A DNA stretch of 64,000 nt from Candidatus Hydrothermarchaeales archaeon (GCA_036444275.1 JAZGAD010000012.1:36464-100463), one strand, 5' to 3'; positions 1 through 9,838 are shown, counted from the first letter of the stretch. The notes: generated by a model not told the origin, from the letters alone. Program-made: numbers and translations.

Positions 1-429
1 AACTTCTGTCTCTTGAACCTCCCCAAGGAAGTCTCCCGGTCCTAAACTATCCCCCTTCTTAGCTAGAGGCTTGAACTCCCATTTCTTGTCCCTAGAAATA
101 GGTGGGACATCTACCCCTCGGGTGATAAATATTCCAGTCTTTCCCTTGATGATCTCCAGCGGCCTTTGGATTCCATCGTAGATCATCCCCAGCACACCAG
201 GTGCGAGTTCTACCGAAAGCTGTGCCCCAGTGCTCATAACCGGTTCCCCCGGCTTTATGCCTGCAGTCTCTTCATATACCTGGATGGTAGCCGTGTCCCT
301 CTCAAGCTCGATGATCTCTCCTATCAATCTCTCCTCCCCAACCTTGACGACCTCGTACATATGAGAACCCCTCATTTCCTTGGCCACAACAACCGGCCCA
401 GCGACCTTTGAGATGCTTCCCTGTACCAT
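1..429 (-). CDS. atpA: A/V-type ATP synthase subunit A (N-terminal part, runs off the window)
   Basis: Not in the ORF track. Manual translation from ATG at 429 gives [40 protein letters not shown]...[15 protein letters not shown]...[19 protein letters not shown] upstream. Confidence 0.95.
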   Translation of the reverse strand, partial: MVQGSISKVAGPVVVAKEMRGSHMYEVVKVGEERLIGEIIELERDTATIQVYEETAGIKPGEPVMSTGAQLSVELAPGVLGMIYDGIQRPLEIIKGKTGIFITRGVDVPPISRDKKWEFKPLAKKGDSLGPGDFLGEVQETEV

Positions 430-454
430 TCTCTATCACCTTCACCTACTATTA

Positions 455-781
455 CTATCCAACTTTTATCTCCACACCCACCGCTCTCCTCACCAATTCT
501 CTTATGGGGTCAACCCTTTCGATGGGGCCCTTCTTATCCGGAATCTCCACCACAAGGGGCACTGGTTTACCTTCGGTCAAAGCCTTTATATTTCCCTTGA
601 GCCTATCAGCTAATCTCTCTGATATGATTATCACCCCAGTGTCCTTGTCCTTCATCAACGCCTTGAATATATCTAATGCTTCCTCCGGGCTCGCAACTGC
701 ATGGGAATCCCTAATGCCAGCCAATCGAAAGCCAACGGCGGTCTCGTTGTCCCCTATCACAGAAATCTTCATATCATCCAC
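455..781 (-). CDS. atpF: A/V-type ATP synthase subunit F
   Basis: KISVIGDNETAVGFRLAGI and LVRRAVGVEI motifs; 108 aa; directly upstream of atpA. Confidence 0.95.
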   Translation of the reverse strand: MDDMKISVIGDNETAVGFRLAGIRDSHAVASPEEALDIFKALMKDKDTGVIIISERLADRLKGNIKALTEGKPVPLVVEIPDKKGPIERVDPIRELVRRAVGVEIKVG

Positions 782-782
782 T

Positions 783-1397
783 TCATCCGAACAGGATATT
801 CGCAGCGTTCAGCCTGAGAGAGGGCTTCATTCTCTCCAAGCGAGTTTCCAAGAGGTTAGATACCTCGACTCCTCCCTTCATAGTCCGTACCACTGCACCG
901 GGTCCATTTATCCTTGCATCTGCAATCGAAAGCTTGGCATCTACGCCTTTCCCTTTAAGAGTTTTAGAAATATTGTCCAGCCTCTTCTCAACGATTGTTT
1001 TATCCTCTTCCCTTACCAGGACTGCTATTTCTCCCCCGTCTATCTCGATGCATGCCTCTACAATGAGCTTTACTAAGACGTCCCCATAGTCTGGTGAAGC
1101 CACCAACTTTTGTAGTTCGCCTTCAGCTATATGGAAGGCTCTATTGATTATCTCTTCTCGTGCATTCAGCGTCTTCTTCCTAGCATTGATAGTTGCTTCT
1201 GCGATAATCCGCCTACGCTCTTGCTCTGCCTTCCTCTCAGCCTCCTTGATGATCCCTTCCTTCACGGTTTTAGCTCTAGCCCTAGCCTCACTCTCTATGT
1301 TTTTTGCTTCTTCTGTCCCCTGGGAGACGATTGCATCCTCTTTTTCCTTAGCCTCTGCAAGGATTCTCGAGGTTATCTTCTGCAGTTCTGCTTCCAC
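783..1397 (-). CDS. atpE: A/V-type ATP synthase subunit E
   Basis: Helical N-terminus (LQKITSRILAEAKE), C-terminal VSNLLETRLE...ANILFG; operon context; GTG start. Confidence 0.92.
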   Translation of the reverse strand: MEAELQKITSRILAEAKEKEDAIVSQGTEEAKNIESEARARAKTVKEGIIKEAERKAEQERRRIIAEATINARKKTLNAREEIINRAFHIAEGELQKLVASPDYGDVLVKLIVEACIEIDGGEIAVLVREEDKTIVEKRLDNISKTLKGKGVDAKLSIADARINGPGAVVRTMKGGVEVSNLLETRLERMKPSLRLNAANILFG

Positions 1398-1455
1398 TGA
1401 AATCCTTCCTTCTAGATAAAAAACAACAGTAAAAAAACAAGAGTAACAAATAAAG

Positions 1456-2760
1456 TTATCGTTCGATGAAGTATGCGTTGTTCTTATCGTAACCTAGCTC
1501 TATAAATCTCCCGGTACTCAGAATGCGGTGGCTCTCTTGTATGGGTGCAACCCTCTTTTTAGGTCCTATTTCTGAGCCCCTGATGATAGTCACGCCCTCC
1601 CCAATTACGGGCGTCAAATCTTGATTGCCGATCACCAAATCTACGCCCAGCTTGCCATCGATTATGCTATCCTCTTCTATGGTTGCATACCGTCCTATGA
1701 TGCAGTTATTCAACGTCACATTTTGCTTTATGTCTGCGAAGTCCAATACCACAGAATCTCGCACAGAGGAACCATCACCCAATACGCAGCTATCGCCTAT
1801 GTATGAGTTCGCCACCTCCACATTCTCTCCTATCCTACAGTCGCTTCCAATGATGACATTCCTCCCGATTTTAATGTCCTTGCCCGCTATGGCTTTAAGG
1901 GTAGAGGGATGCACCGCCCGGCCGTTCTCAAAGGGTGGCTGTGCGCCAAAGATCTTCGATAGTGTGGTCTGCCTGCTATCTATCTTAATCCTCTTGAGTT
2001 TTCCGCTTAGGATATCCATGGTGGTCTTCAAGAATAATTCAGGCCTTCCTACGTCAGCCCAGTAGCCCTCGCACATATAACCATAGAGGGGGTATCCATG
2101 CCCTGCAAGATACGGAATGATGTCTGCTCCTATATCCTTAACCCGATCTCCCATTTCCCTGAATACTTCCCTTATCCTAGGGGAAAAGAGGTATATGGAC
2201 GTATTTATGTACCTTGATGGAGGCTCACTGGGCTTTTCCACGAACCTCTTTATCTGCATGTCCTTGTCTACTTCGGCCACGCCGAACTGGCTGATGTCTT
2301 CACTCTTTTCTAGCTTCTTGAGGACGACAGTTAAGAGGTTGCCCTTTTTTCGATGGAATTTCATCAATCCTTTGAGATCAATGTCTAGGATATTGTCGCC
2401 ACTGACCACAAGGATGTCTTTAGTGATGTCGAAGTATTCCATGCAGAAGCGAACAGCATCCCCATTTCCCCTGTCGCAGTAATTCGGCTGGTACATGAAT
2501 CTCGCATCCGGGCGCAGGCGGAGCCTTCTAGAAAATCCTTCACCCCTCTTGAAGTACTCCTTGAAGCGAGTTGAGTTCTCCATGCCTTTGCTGGCCAGGA
2601 TAAACTCCCTACAATCTTGCAGAGCTAGGGTCTCCAGTGCCCTACTCAATATTGCCTCTCCGCACATACTCAAAAGCGGTTTTGGCTGCTTAAGGGTGAG
2701 CGGATACAGTCTCGTACCTTCTCCTCCAACTGTCGCTATAACTACCGGTGCCTCCATCAT
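1456..2760 (-). CDS. Sugar-1-phosphate nucleotidyltransferase (GlgC/GMPP-like) with left-handed beta-helix
   Basis: GGEGTRLYPLT..PKP, SGD, FVEKP and YWADVG motifs; hexapeptide repeats in the C-terminus. Confidence 0.9.
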   Translation of the reverse strand: MMEAPVVIATVGGEGTRLYPLTLKQPKPLLSMCGEAILSRALETLALQDCREFILASKGMENSTRFKEYFKRGEGFSRRLRLRPDARFMYQPNYCDRGNGDAVRFCMEYFDITKDILVVSGDNILDIDLKGLMKFHRKKGNLLTVVLKKLEKSEDISQFGVAEVDKDMQIKRFVEKPSEPPSRYINTSIYLFSPRIREVFREMGDRVKDIGADIIPYLAGHGYPLYGYMCEGYWADVGRPELFLKTTMDILSGKLKRIKIDSRQTTLSKIFGAQPPFENGRAVHPSTLKAIAGKDIKIGRNVIIGSDCRIGENVEVANSYIGDSCVLGDGSSVRDSVVLDFADIKQNVTLNNCIIGRYATIEEDSIIDGKLGVDLVIGNQDLTPVIGEGVTIIRGSEIGPKKRVAPIQESHRILSTGRFIELGYDKNNAYFIER

Positions 2761-2891
2761 CTCACCCCAAAGTGTATTTTGACTGCAGTATTAAAAAAAG
2801 TTTTCATTACTACGTACATCACTAAGCATTGCTTATCAATGATATTAACTCTTCCTAAGCAGACAAACATTTGGAAGAACGGAGTGAGATA

Positions 2892-3641
2892 TTAGTTTGT
2901 TATTGGGATGATCCTTTCAAATAATTCATCATATTCTTGGGGATGCGTCAGATAATCAAACAGCGCTGGGTCCTTCCTTATTAAGCCGTACATCTCCTCC
3001 CCTTTCTTTAGGCCAAGCTCCGAGAGATTTGTAGGTTCTAACCTGCGCAATTCAGGCACTGCCTCATAGCTCCTGTTCTTGATGAAGCTATCATGTAGCT
3101 TGTAGTAGGCTGCTCCTCCCATCCTCTTGTAAGGCTCATAGATAGAAGAGAAGTCCCTTGCAACGAAGTTAGCCATCTTTAGAGTATTATTCGAGGGATT
3201 TATTGTCACGTGCCCATAGCCAGGTGGAATAATAGCTTTATCCCCTTTCTCAGCCTCTATCACTACAGCCTCTATGATTCTTTCTTCCTCTTTTCCTGCC
3301 TCGGGCTTCTGAAGTAGAAAGTGCGCGGTACCCGCGAGGACCTCGTAGAGCTCTGGATAGGTAACCCCGGTTCCAGGCACAAGGGGATGGTAGTGGCCTG
3401 CTGTCTTCACAAACTCGGCTCCAAGCATCCTTGGAGGTATAACCGTTATGTCATAGCGGAGGCCCCTCTCTCTGAGAGTCTCTTTATCTGGTCTGCTTAG
3501 ATATAGATCCCGGTACATATAGTAAAGTTCTTGATTTCCAGTACTCTTCAAATACTCTTTGTCATAGAGCACTTCGCTCATATCGTAAAGCATCCTTATC
3601 TGGGGCTTTGCCTCCAGATTTCCCCTCCTTATAGCCGTCAC
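2892..3641 (-). CDS. Cupin-type glucose-6-phosphate isomerase
   Basis: LYYMYR, RYDITVIPP, KTAGHYHP, YPELYEVL and IPPGYGHVTIN cupin motifs. Confidence 0.88.
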   Translation of the reverse strand: MTAIRRGNLEAKPQIRMLYDMSEVLYDKEYLKSTGNQELYYMYRDLYLSRPDKETLRERGLRYDITVIPPRMLGAEFVKTAGHYHPLVPGTGVTYPELYEVLAGTAHFLLQKPEAGKEEERIIEAVVIEAEKGDKAIIPPGYGHVTINPSNNTLKMANFVARDFSSIYEPYKRMGGAAYYKLHDSFIKNRSYEAVPELRRLEPTNLSELGLKKGEEMYGLIRKDPALFDYLTHPQEYDELFERIIPITN

Positions 3642-3644
3642 TGG

Positions 3645-4811
3645 TCACAACTCCTTGTAAACCCTCTCCATCTTTCCAGCTACCTTGGACCAGGCAAATT
3701 CCTGCATCACCTTTTTCCTGCCATTCTGCCCGAGTTCTTTGACGTAGTTGGGGTCGTCGACTATATAGTCTATCCCCCAGGATATGGATTCAGGGTAGTG
3801 AAATACCTTTATGCCGTTCTTGAAATTATCGATATTCTCTGACAAACCCCCTACATCTGCGGCGACAGGAGCGCTGCCAGCTGACCATGCTTCTAGCAGT
3901 ATCATGCCGAAGGGCTCGTTCCTGCTTGGTATTGCCACGATGTCGCAGGCGTTCAAGAGGACTACACGCTCTTCGTCGGAGATATAACCTGGAAACCTTA
4001 CGGCATGGCTTATTCCCAGTTCATGAGCCCTATACTGCATATGTCCTCGCATATCACCTTGCCCGGCGATGATGAAACAGGCGTCGCGCCTATGCCCTAG
4101 AACATGGGGTATTGCCTCCACTAAAAGGTCAGGCCCCTTTTGACGCACCAGCCGTCCAATAAAGAAAACAAGAGGCGCTAGAGGATGAATGCCATACCTC
4201 TCTTTCACCCTTCCAGCATCCAGATTCCTTTGGTACATCGTGGGATCAATTCCGTTAGGGACTACGTCTATTTTTTCTCCTGGTGTTTGGTATAACTGCA
4301 TAAGCTCCCTCTTCATAGTCTGCGAAACAGTGGTTACCCTATCTGCGATATAGCCACCGTACCACTCCTTGCCGGAGATCTCCCGGTATTCCCACCATTC
4401 CCCGAACTCACCGCCGTTTCTACCGTATTCAGTGGAGTGAAATGTTAAAATCGATGGTCTCCGACCCTTGAGTTCATGCAGGGCATCTACCATATGCCAG
4501 TCGTGGCCGTGTACAAGGTCAAACCTGCTGTTTTCATCTTCCACCGTGGATAACCGCTGGAGCATAGCCATACTCATATTGTGACAGTAGTGGAGGATAT
4601 TTCCACCAGGGTCAAAGATACAGCGATGATAGTGCACCCCATTTATTTCATCATCGCTACTCTGCCCTTCTCCCATTCTTGTGAAAAAATGCACTTCATG
4701 GCCTTTCCTGCTTAGGCTCTCGGCGAGCCCCGTAACCGCCGGTGCTTGACCACCCGTGCGCACTGAATACATGGATTCCCATGAAAAAATAGCTATTCTA
4801 AGAGTTTCCAT
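3645..4811 (-). CDS. GT4-family glycosyltransferase (glycogen synthase-like)
   Basis: HGHDWH, FIGRLVRQKG and PSRNEPFGMILLEAW motifs of the GT-B fold. Confidence 0.88.
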   Translation of the reverse strand: METLRIAIFSWESMYSVRTGGQAPAVTGLAESLSRKGHEVHFFTRMGEGQSSDDEINGVHYHRCIFDPGGNILHYCHNMSMAMLQRLSTVEDENSRFDLVHGHDWHMVDALHELKGRRPSILTFHSTEYGRNGGEFGEWWEYREISGKEWYGGYIADRVTTVSQTMKRELMQLYQTPGEKIDVVPNGIDPTMYQRNLDAGRVKERYGIHPLAPLVFFIGRLVRQKGPDLLVEAIPHVLGHRRDACFIIAGQGDMRGHMQYRAHELGISHAVRFPGYISDEERVVLLNACDIVAIPSRNEPFGMILLEAWSAGSAPVAADVGGLSENIDNFKNGIKVFHYPESISWGIDYIVDDPNYVKELGQNGRKKVMQEFAWSKVAGKMERVYKEL

Positions 4812-4981
4812 TTAGATGCTCCCTTGGTTATCCTTTTTACCCTGCCATTGTGCTGCGCGAAAGTCTAATCAGAGCTCTGCCTATCTCCACGTTTTTCAAG
4901 TATATTTGAAGATGCAAAAGGTATGTAAAATATAAATAGTCTTCGTAGTCTTCACAATTTAATAAAAAGGAGAGAGTCGAA

Positions 4982-6577
4982 ATGCCAAAATTTGATCTAG
5001 AAGAATTTGCCCGAACTGCTGACAGAGTCAGAGAAAAGGCGAAAGAAGAGAACAGATTGATCGAAAATCCTTCTGATAAGGAACTAAAAACTCTTTGTGA
5101 AAAAGAAGTTGGAGTTAAGAAAACAATGTATGCCAACTTAGCTGCTGACAGTGAACCCACTTCTAGAGCAGCAATGTGTACTAAAAATAGCATTGACCAT
5201 CCTTTCGGCGGAGAAGAGCTAAACCTGTTAGCCCAGTGTGAAGAAGTTTTAGCCAAAGAAAGACTGATTTCCATTGATAGGATTGTCGGTGAAGAAGATG
5301 GCACTACGGTGAGATTAATTGTTCCTGAAAGATTTGCCCACGTCGCCTACGGTGGAAAGAATCTTTTTCGCGCACCAAAAAAAGAAGTTAATAAGCCAAC
5401 TTACCAAATTTTATTTTTCGCTGACGAAGCTTTCGAGGCTAATAAATTAAAACCACTTCCCCAAAAGGATATCACCATAAGATTAGGCATGCTAGATGAT
5501 GGAAGGGTTATTAAGATAGTTAGGAACAGCAACTACATCGGTGAATATAAAAAAGGGGTTTTCGCAGCAGAGGACTGGGCAGCTAAGACTAGGAAGGGCG
5601 GAATTTTCCTCCATGCTGGTTGCAGAGAAGATTATCTTCAATCTGTACATGGGGACTATCGAGCAGTGAGGTCTTTGCTTCTTGCTTTAAGTGCCAATGG
5701 AAAAACAACCTTAACTTGTAAGATCTTAGCTAGGAAAAGTAATGAGAAGTCTTGGCTCGTTCAAGACGATGGTGGAACCCTTATGCCAGATGGTTCTTTT
5801 CATGGTTTTGAGGCAGGAGGATTATTTGTCAAAACAGAGGGCGTCAACCCGGCGGAACAACTTGAAATCTACTATAGTTTATTAAAACCTCACACTCTCT
5901 GTGAAAATGTCTATGTAGCCAAGAATGGCGACTTCGATTTCTACAATTTTGAAAGGACATCAAATGGAAGGGCTGTGGTGTTAAGAAAAGATTTCATGCA
6001 TGCGAGCCAGAAAATCAGTGTGCCAAAGATCGATAATTTGATTCTAATTACAAGAAGTCCCGTAATTCCAGCAATATCGAAATTGACCCTTGAACAAGCA
6101 GTTGCCTCAATGGTTGTGGGAATGGCAATGGAATCCTCGGCAGGTGATCCAACTCAGGCGGGAAAGATCAAAAGCGAGTTTTTCTACGATCCATTTGCAA
6201 CCGGCGATAGAGCCGATCACGCCAATAGATTCTATGAAATATTGAGGAGTCTTCCACATATTAATTACTACTTAATAAACACAGGTGGAGTAGGAGAAGG
6301 AATAAGATACAAGGATATAAGGGTAAGTGATACCTGGGGCATATTCGATTCCTTAGTTAGGGGCGGACTTGAAGAGTGGGTAGATTCGCCTACTGGCTTT
6401 AAGGTCCCAGCGGCAATAAGGTACGTAGATGAGGTTTTCTTGCACCCTGAGAAACTCTATTCCCACTCGGAATTCGAAGAACAACAGGAAAAACTAAATA
6501 AAGTTAGACTGGAGGCTATAGAGAAACTAGACAGCGCTCTTCACCCCAATATAAGAAAAGTTTTTAGCAAGAAATAG
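4982..6577 (+). CDS. pckA: Phosphoenolpyruvate carboxykinase (ATP-type fold)
   Basis: YIGEYKKG, LHAG, kinase-1a SANGKTTL, QDD, ENV, NGRA and YLINTG motifs in PEPCK order. Confidence 0.85.
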   Translation: MPKFDLEEFARTADRVREKAKEENRLIENPSDKELKTLCEKEVGVKKTMYANLAADSEPTSRAAMCTKNSIDHPFGGEELNLLAQCEEVLAKERLISIDRIVGEEDGTTVRLIVPERFAHVAYGGKNLFRAPKKEVNKPTYQILFFADEAFEANKLKPLPQKDITIRLGMLDDGRVIKIVRNSNYIGEYKKGVFAAEDWAAKTRKGGIFLHAGCREDYLQSVHGDYRAVRSLLLALSANGKTTLTCKILARKSNEKSWLVQDDGGTLMPDGSFHGFEAGGLFVKTEGVNPAEQLEIYYSLLKPHTLCENVYVAKNGDFDFYNFERTSNGRAVVLRKDFMHASQKISVPKIDNLILITRSPVIPAISKLTLEQAVASMVVGMAMESSAGDPTQAGKIKSEFFYDPFATGDRADHANRFYEILRSLPHINYYLINTGGVGEGIRYKDIRVSDTWGIFDSLVRGGLEEWVDSPTGFKVPAAIRYVDEVFLHPEKLYSHSEFEEQQEKLNKVRLEAIEKLDSALHPNIRKVFSKK

Positions 6578-6665
6578 CAAGGGGATGTTGAAATAAATAG
6601 CATCTGTATCAAAGCATCGCAACTTTGGGACAAAATATTTAGGGAAAGAAAAATTATTTAATTTT

Positions 6666-7490
6666 ATGAGGCTTCCAGCCGTCGCCGGCCAGTTTTATGC
6701 TTCGGATTCTAAGAGCCTAGAGGAGCAGATTGAGCAGTGTTTCCTCCATGAGTTAGGCCCTGGAAAGCTCCCGGAGCGAGGAGGATTAGAAGGCGGGATA
6801 GCTGGCGCCGTAGTGCCTCACGCTGGCTACATGTACTCTGGTCCAGTGGCTGCCCACACGTACTTTGAACTAGCCAAATATGAGAAACCTGAAACCATCG
6901 TCGTCATTGGGCCAAATCACACTGGTAGGGGAAGCGGGGTAGCTGTTTCCAAAGAAGTCTGGAAGACACCTCTGGGCGAGGTACGGGTAGATGAAGATGC
7001 TGCCGATATCCTATGGAAGGGCTGTGACGTAATAGATCTGGATGAGACCGCTCATGAGTACGAGCACTCTATAGAGGTGCAGCTCCCCTTTCTCCAGTAC
7101 ATATACGGCGAATTCCAATTCGTACCACTATGCATAGCACTCCAGGACTTGGAGACCGGTAGGGAGATAGCAGAGGCGCTGTCAAAGATAGAGTTAGATA
7201 AAGCATTGATTTTGGCTAGCAGTGACTTCACACACTATGAATCAAGTGAAACCGCCAAAGCTAAGGATGATGCAGCTATAAAGCACATTCTAGCGCTGGA
7301 CGAAAAAGGCTTTACTCAAACTGTCTACGAGAGGAATATAACCATATGTGGCTATGGGCCAATAGCGACGTGCATTGCAGCCGTTAAGAATAGAGCAGGT
7401 GAGGGAGTGCTCCTGAAGTATGCCACCAGCGGAGATATAACAAAGGATTATTCCCAAGTTGTAGCGTATGCTGCGATAGCCTTTAGATAG
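6666..7490 (+). CDS. MEMO1 / AmmeMemoRadiSam protein B
   Basis: RLPAVAGQFY, PHAGYMYSG, GPNHTG, EHSIEVQLPFLQ, SSDFTHY and ICGYGP motifs. Confidence 0.93.
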   Translation: MRLPAVAGQFYASDSKSLEEQIEQCFLHELGPGKLPERGGLEGGIAGAVVPHAGYMYSGPVAAHTYFELAKYEKPETIVVIGPNHTGRGSGVAVSKEVWKTPLGEVRVDEDAADILWKGCDVIDLDETAHEYEHSIEVQLPFLQYIYGEFQFVPLCIALQDLETGREIAEALSKIELDKALILASSDFTHYESSETAKAKDDAAIKHILALDEKGFTQTVYERNITICGYGPIATCIAAVKNRAGEGVLLKYATSGDITKDYSQVVAYAAIAFR

Positions 7491-7500
7491 GGTATGTATC

Positions 7501-8436
7501 ATGGTCTCTGCTTCTGCACCTGGAAAAGTGATTCTCTTTGGCGAGCACGCAGTAGTCTATGGAGAACCATCGCTCGTGGCAGGCATCGACAAGAGGGTCT
7601 ACGTAGATGCTGAGAAGAAAGGTGATAGAATAAGCATTGCCTCTGACGTGGGTTCGAGTTCTTTTTCTCTGGACGAGATAGGCTTGCCAGCCCAAGATGA
7701 ACTCAGGTATGTCAAGAAGGCTGTAGAGCTTGTCTTCAAGCGTGTAGATAAGAGGACAGGGCTTGAAATAAATATCACATCTGAGGTCCCTTCAGCGTCA
7801 GGCTTGGGTTCTTCGGCTTCAGTATCAGTGGCTACCATACTAGCGGTTTCAAAGCTCTTCGATGCTGATCTAACTTTAAAAGAGATTGCTGAATTGGGCC
7901 ACAGGGTAGAGTTAGAGGTGCAGGGCGCAGCTTCACCCACGGATAGCTCTGTAGCTACATTTGGGGGGGTGCTATTCATACAGCCCACGGAGAAGAAGGT
8001 TGACAGCATCGAGGCGGACCTGTCCTTGATCATCGGCTATACTGGTGTGGAGAGGTCCACCAAGGTGCTGGTCGAGAGGGTGAAATCTCTCAGGGATAGA
8101 TATCCAGGAATCGTGGACCCTATAATTCAGGATATAGGAAGGCTCACCAGAGAAGCTAGGACGAGGCTTGAGAGAGGCGATGACGTCGGGGACCTAATGA
8201 ATGTCAATCACGGCTTACTTGAGGCCCTTGGGGTGAGCACTGAGCAGTTATCGAGGGCGGTTCACGCAGCTAGAGATGCAGGAGCTAGGGGAGCGAAGCT
8301 CACTGGAGCTGGAGGAGGGGGATGCATGATCGCCTTAGCTCCAAATCACCAGGTAGAAGTCACAAGGGCAATCGAAGCAAGCGGATGCTCAGCTATAAGA
8401 GCGTCTCTCTCCAGGGCGGGGGTGAGGATAGAGTAG
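7501..8436 (+). CDS. mvk: Mevalonate kinase
   Basis: SAPGKVILFGEHAVVYG, PSASGLGSSA and KLTGAGGGG GHMP-kinase motifs; usual MEMO1-mvk neighbourhood. Confidence 0.95.
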   Translation: MVSASAPGKVILFGEHAVVYGEPSLVAGIDKRVYVDAEKKGDRISIASDVGSSSFSLDEIGLPAQDELRYVKKAVELVFKRVDKRTGLEINITSEVPSASGLGSSASVSVATILAVSKLFDADLTLKEIAELGHRVELEVQGAASPTDSSVATFGGVLFIQPTEKKVDSIEADLSLIIGYTGVERSTKVLVERVKSLRDRYPGIVDPIIQDIGRLTREARTRLERGDDVGDLMNVNHGLLEALGVSTEQLSRAVHAARDAGARGAKLTGAGGGGCMIALAPNHQVEVTRAIEASGCSAIRASLSRAGVRIE

Positions 8437-8502
8437 AGAAAAGAAAAAAGGAAAAGTAAAAGTAAGAAAATTATTTAAGCCTTTTAATCAAGGAATTAAG
8501 GA

Positions 8503-8576
<74 letters not shown>

Positions 8577-8712
8577 CTCCTGGTTTTACTGTATAAGCCC
8601 TACCCTTTAATAGCTAACTTGGAGGTGAAAAGGGCATGGGCAAAGAAGACCTCAATGCTTTTCCATCTTAAAAAGCCTGCACGATATAATCAGGACTGAA
8701 AAACAGTTGAAC

Positions 8713-8853
8713 TTAGGCTTTGTGGCGTCGCGTTACCTTCGCCGTACTAGCCTCGTTCTTAGTAACGATTTCTATCCTGGGCTTTTCTATGACTAATCCC
8801 TCTCCCGGCTTTAGGTCCAGGACATCTTCCATAGTTACCTTCTTCTTCAACAT
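8713..8853 (-). CDS. Small (46 aa) putative antitoxin
   Basis: Manual ORF MLKKKVTMEDVLDLKPGEGLVIEKPRIEIVTKNEASTAKVTRRHKA, 8 nt downstream of the toxin-like gene. Confidence 0.5.
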   Translation of the reverse strand: MLKKKVTMEDVLDLKPGEGLVIEKPRIEIVTKNEASTAKVTRRHKA

Positions 8854-8861
8854 CTCTATCT

Positions 8862-9140
8862 TTACTTCCTGACTCTCCTTTTATATAATTTCTTATCACT
8901 ATCCGAAGCGATATAGGCGGTTACTACGTCCCAATGCTTCCTCTTTACCATATACGCAACGATAACCTTGATAATCATTCCATAATACTCACACAAAACA
9001 AGGTATTTGTTCCCATAGCTCCTTTGGATGTAAAACCGGCCTCTTAGGGCAGTGGCAACCTGGTTTTTTGTTAGCCCATGTGATTCTATCTTTCTTATCG
9101 CCTTCCCATCGAATACAAATCTAAACTTCATAGGCATCAA
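8862..9140 (-). CDS. BrnT/DUF4258-like (RelE-fold) ribonuclease toxin
   Basis: Basic ~90 aa; FVFDGKAIRKIESHGLT, IIKVIV and VVTAY..S...KLY pattern. Confidence 0.65.
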   Translation of the reverse strand: MMPMKFRFVFDGKAIRKIESHGLTKNQVATALRGRFYIQRSYGNKYLVLCEYYGMIIKVIVAYMVKRKHWDVVTAYIASDSDKKLYKRRVRK

Positions 9141-9152
9141 ACACCAAGATCT

Positions 9153-9278
9153 CTATTCCTCACCTCTGGAACTTTCCAGGTCTTTCAAGATCAAGCCCTC
9201 AAGGTATCGCTGGTATGGTGTAGGTATCTTCTCATAAAGTTCTTTTGTTACCCTGCAGCTCACAACCCTAGGTTTTGC
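9153..9278 (-). pseudogene. 5'-truncated ribbon-helix-helix-like regulator
   Basis: Open frame AKPRVVSCRVTKELYEKIPTPYQRYLEGLILKDLESSRGEE* begins at the att repeat and has no ATG. Confidence 0.4.
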
Positions 9279-9319
9279 CCACCCACGGCATAAATTTGCT
9301 CAATTTTTGCTGTATTTTC

Positions 9320-9454
9320 TTATCTAAAGCTTCCAACTGCGGGTTCTCCCTTTCGTGTATGATACTCGCACTCGTTGCATACCCACTCACAGAGTATAAA
9401 CTCTAGGCTCTTGTTTCTACAATTCGGGCACTTTTTTGCTGTGATCAAATTCAT
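9320..9454 (-). CDS. Zinc-ribbon microprotein (44 aa)
   Basis: Manual ORF MNLITAKKCPNCRNKSLEFILCEWVCNECEYHTRKGEPAVGSFR with two CxxC pairs; TTATAT box upstream. Confidence 0.6.
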   Translation of the reverse strand: MNLITAKKCPNCRNKSLEFILCEWVCNECEYHTRKGEPAVGSFR

Positions 9455-9552
9455 AGTCCCTTTGAAGGGGAATATAACTTCTATACCCTAACGGAATAGA
9501 TCAAGTCGAATTTCCTCAGTAGCTCCAGACGTTCTTCATTTTCCACGAGAAA

Positions 9553-9768
9553 TCAGTCCTGGATTCCTTCATCATTGGAAATTCGCTTTAGTATCACCAT
9601 ATGTTTCCTGGCATCTACCTCGACCAAGCGAGCATTCTCTATCTTCTGGTGCTCGCCTATGAGCCCTACGACTACTACTCCACTGCCTTCTTCCTTTACA
9701 ATGACAGCCTCATCTGCTATCTTCTCCCGCTTCCCATTCACGTCGAGGTAGACCTTGGATTCGCACAT
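9553..9768 (-). CDS. cooT: CooT-family nickel-binding protein
   Basis: MCES.VY N-terminus with Cys2, G.IGE and conserved His in DARKHMV; 71 aa. Confidence 0.8.
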   Translation of the reverse strand: MCESKVYLDVNGKREKIADEAVIVKEEGSGVVVVGLIGEHQKIENARLVEVDARKHMVILKRISNDEGIQD

Positions 9769-9838
9769 ATCACTCTATTCATTCCCGTCCCCGGATAAAA
9801 AACTTCCTTGCACTACAAGAGAATATTTAATGTTTAAT

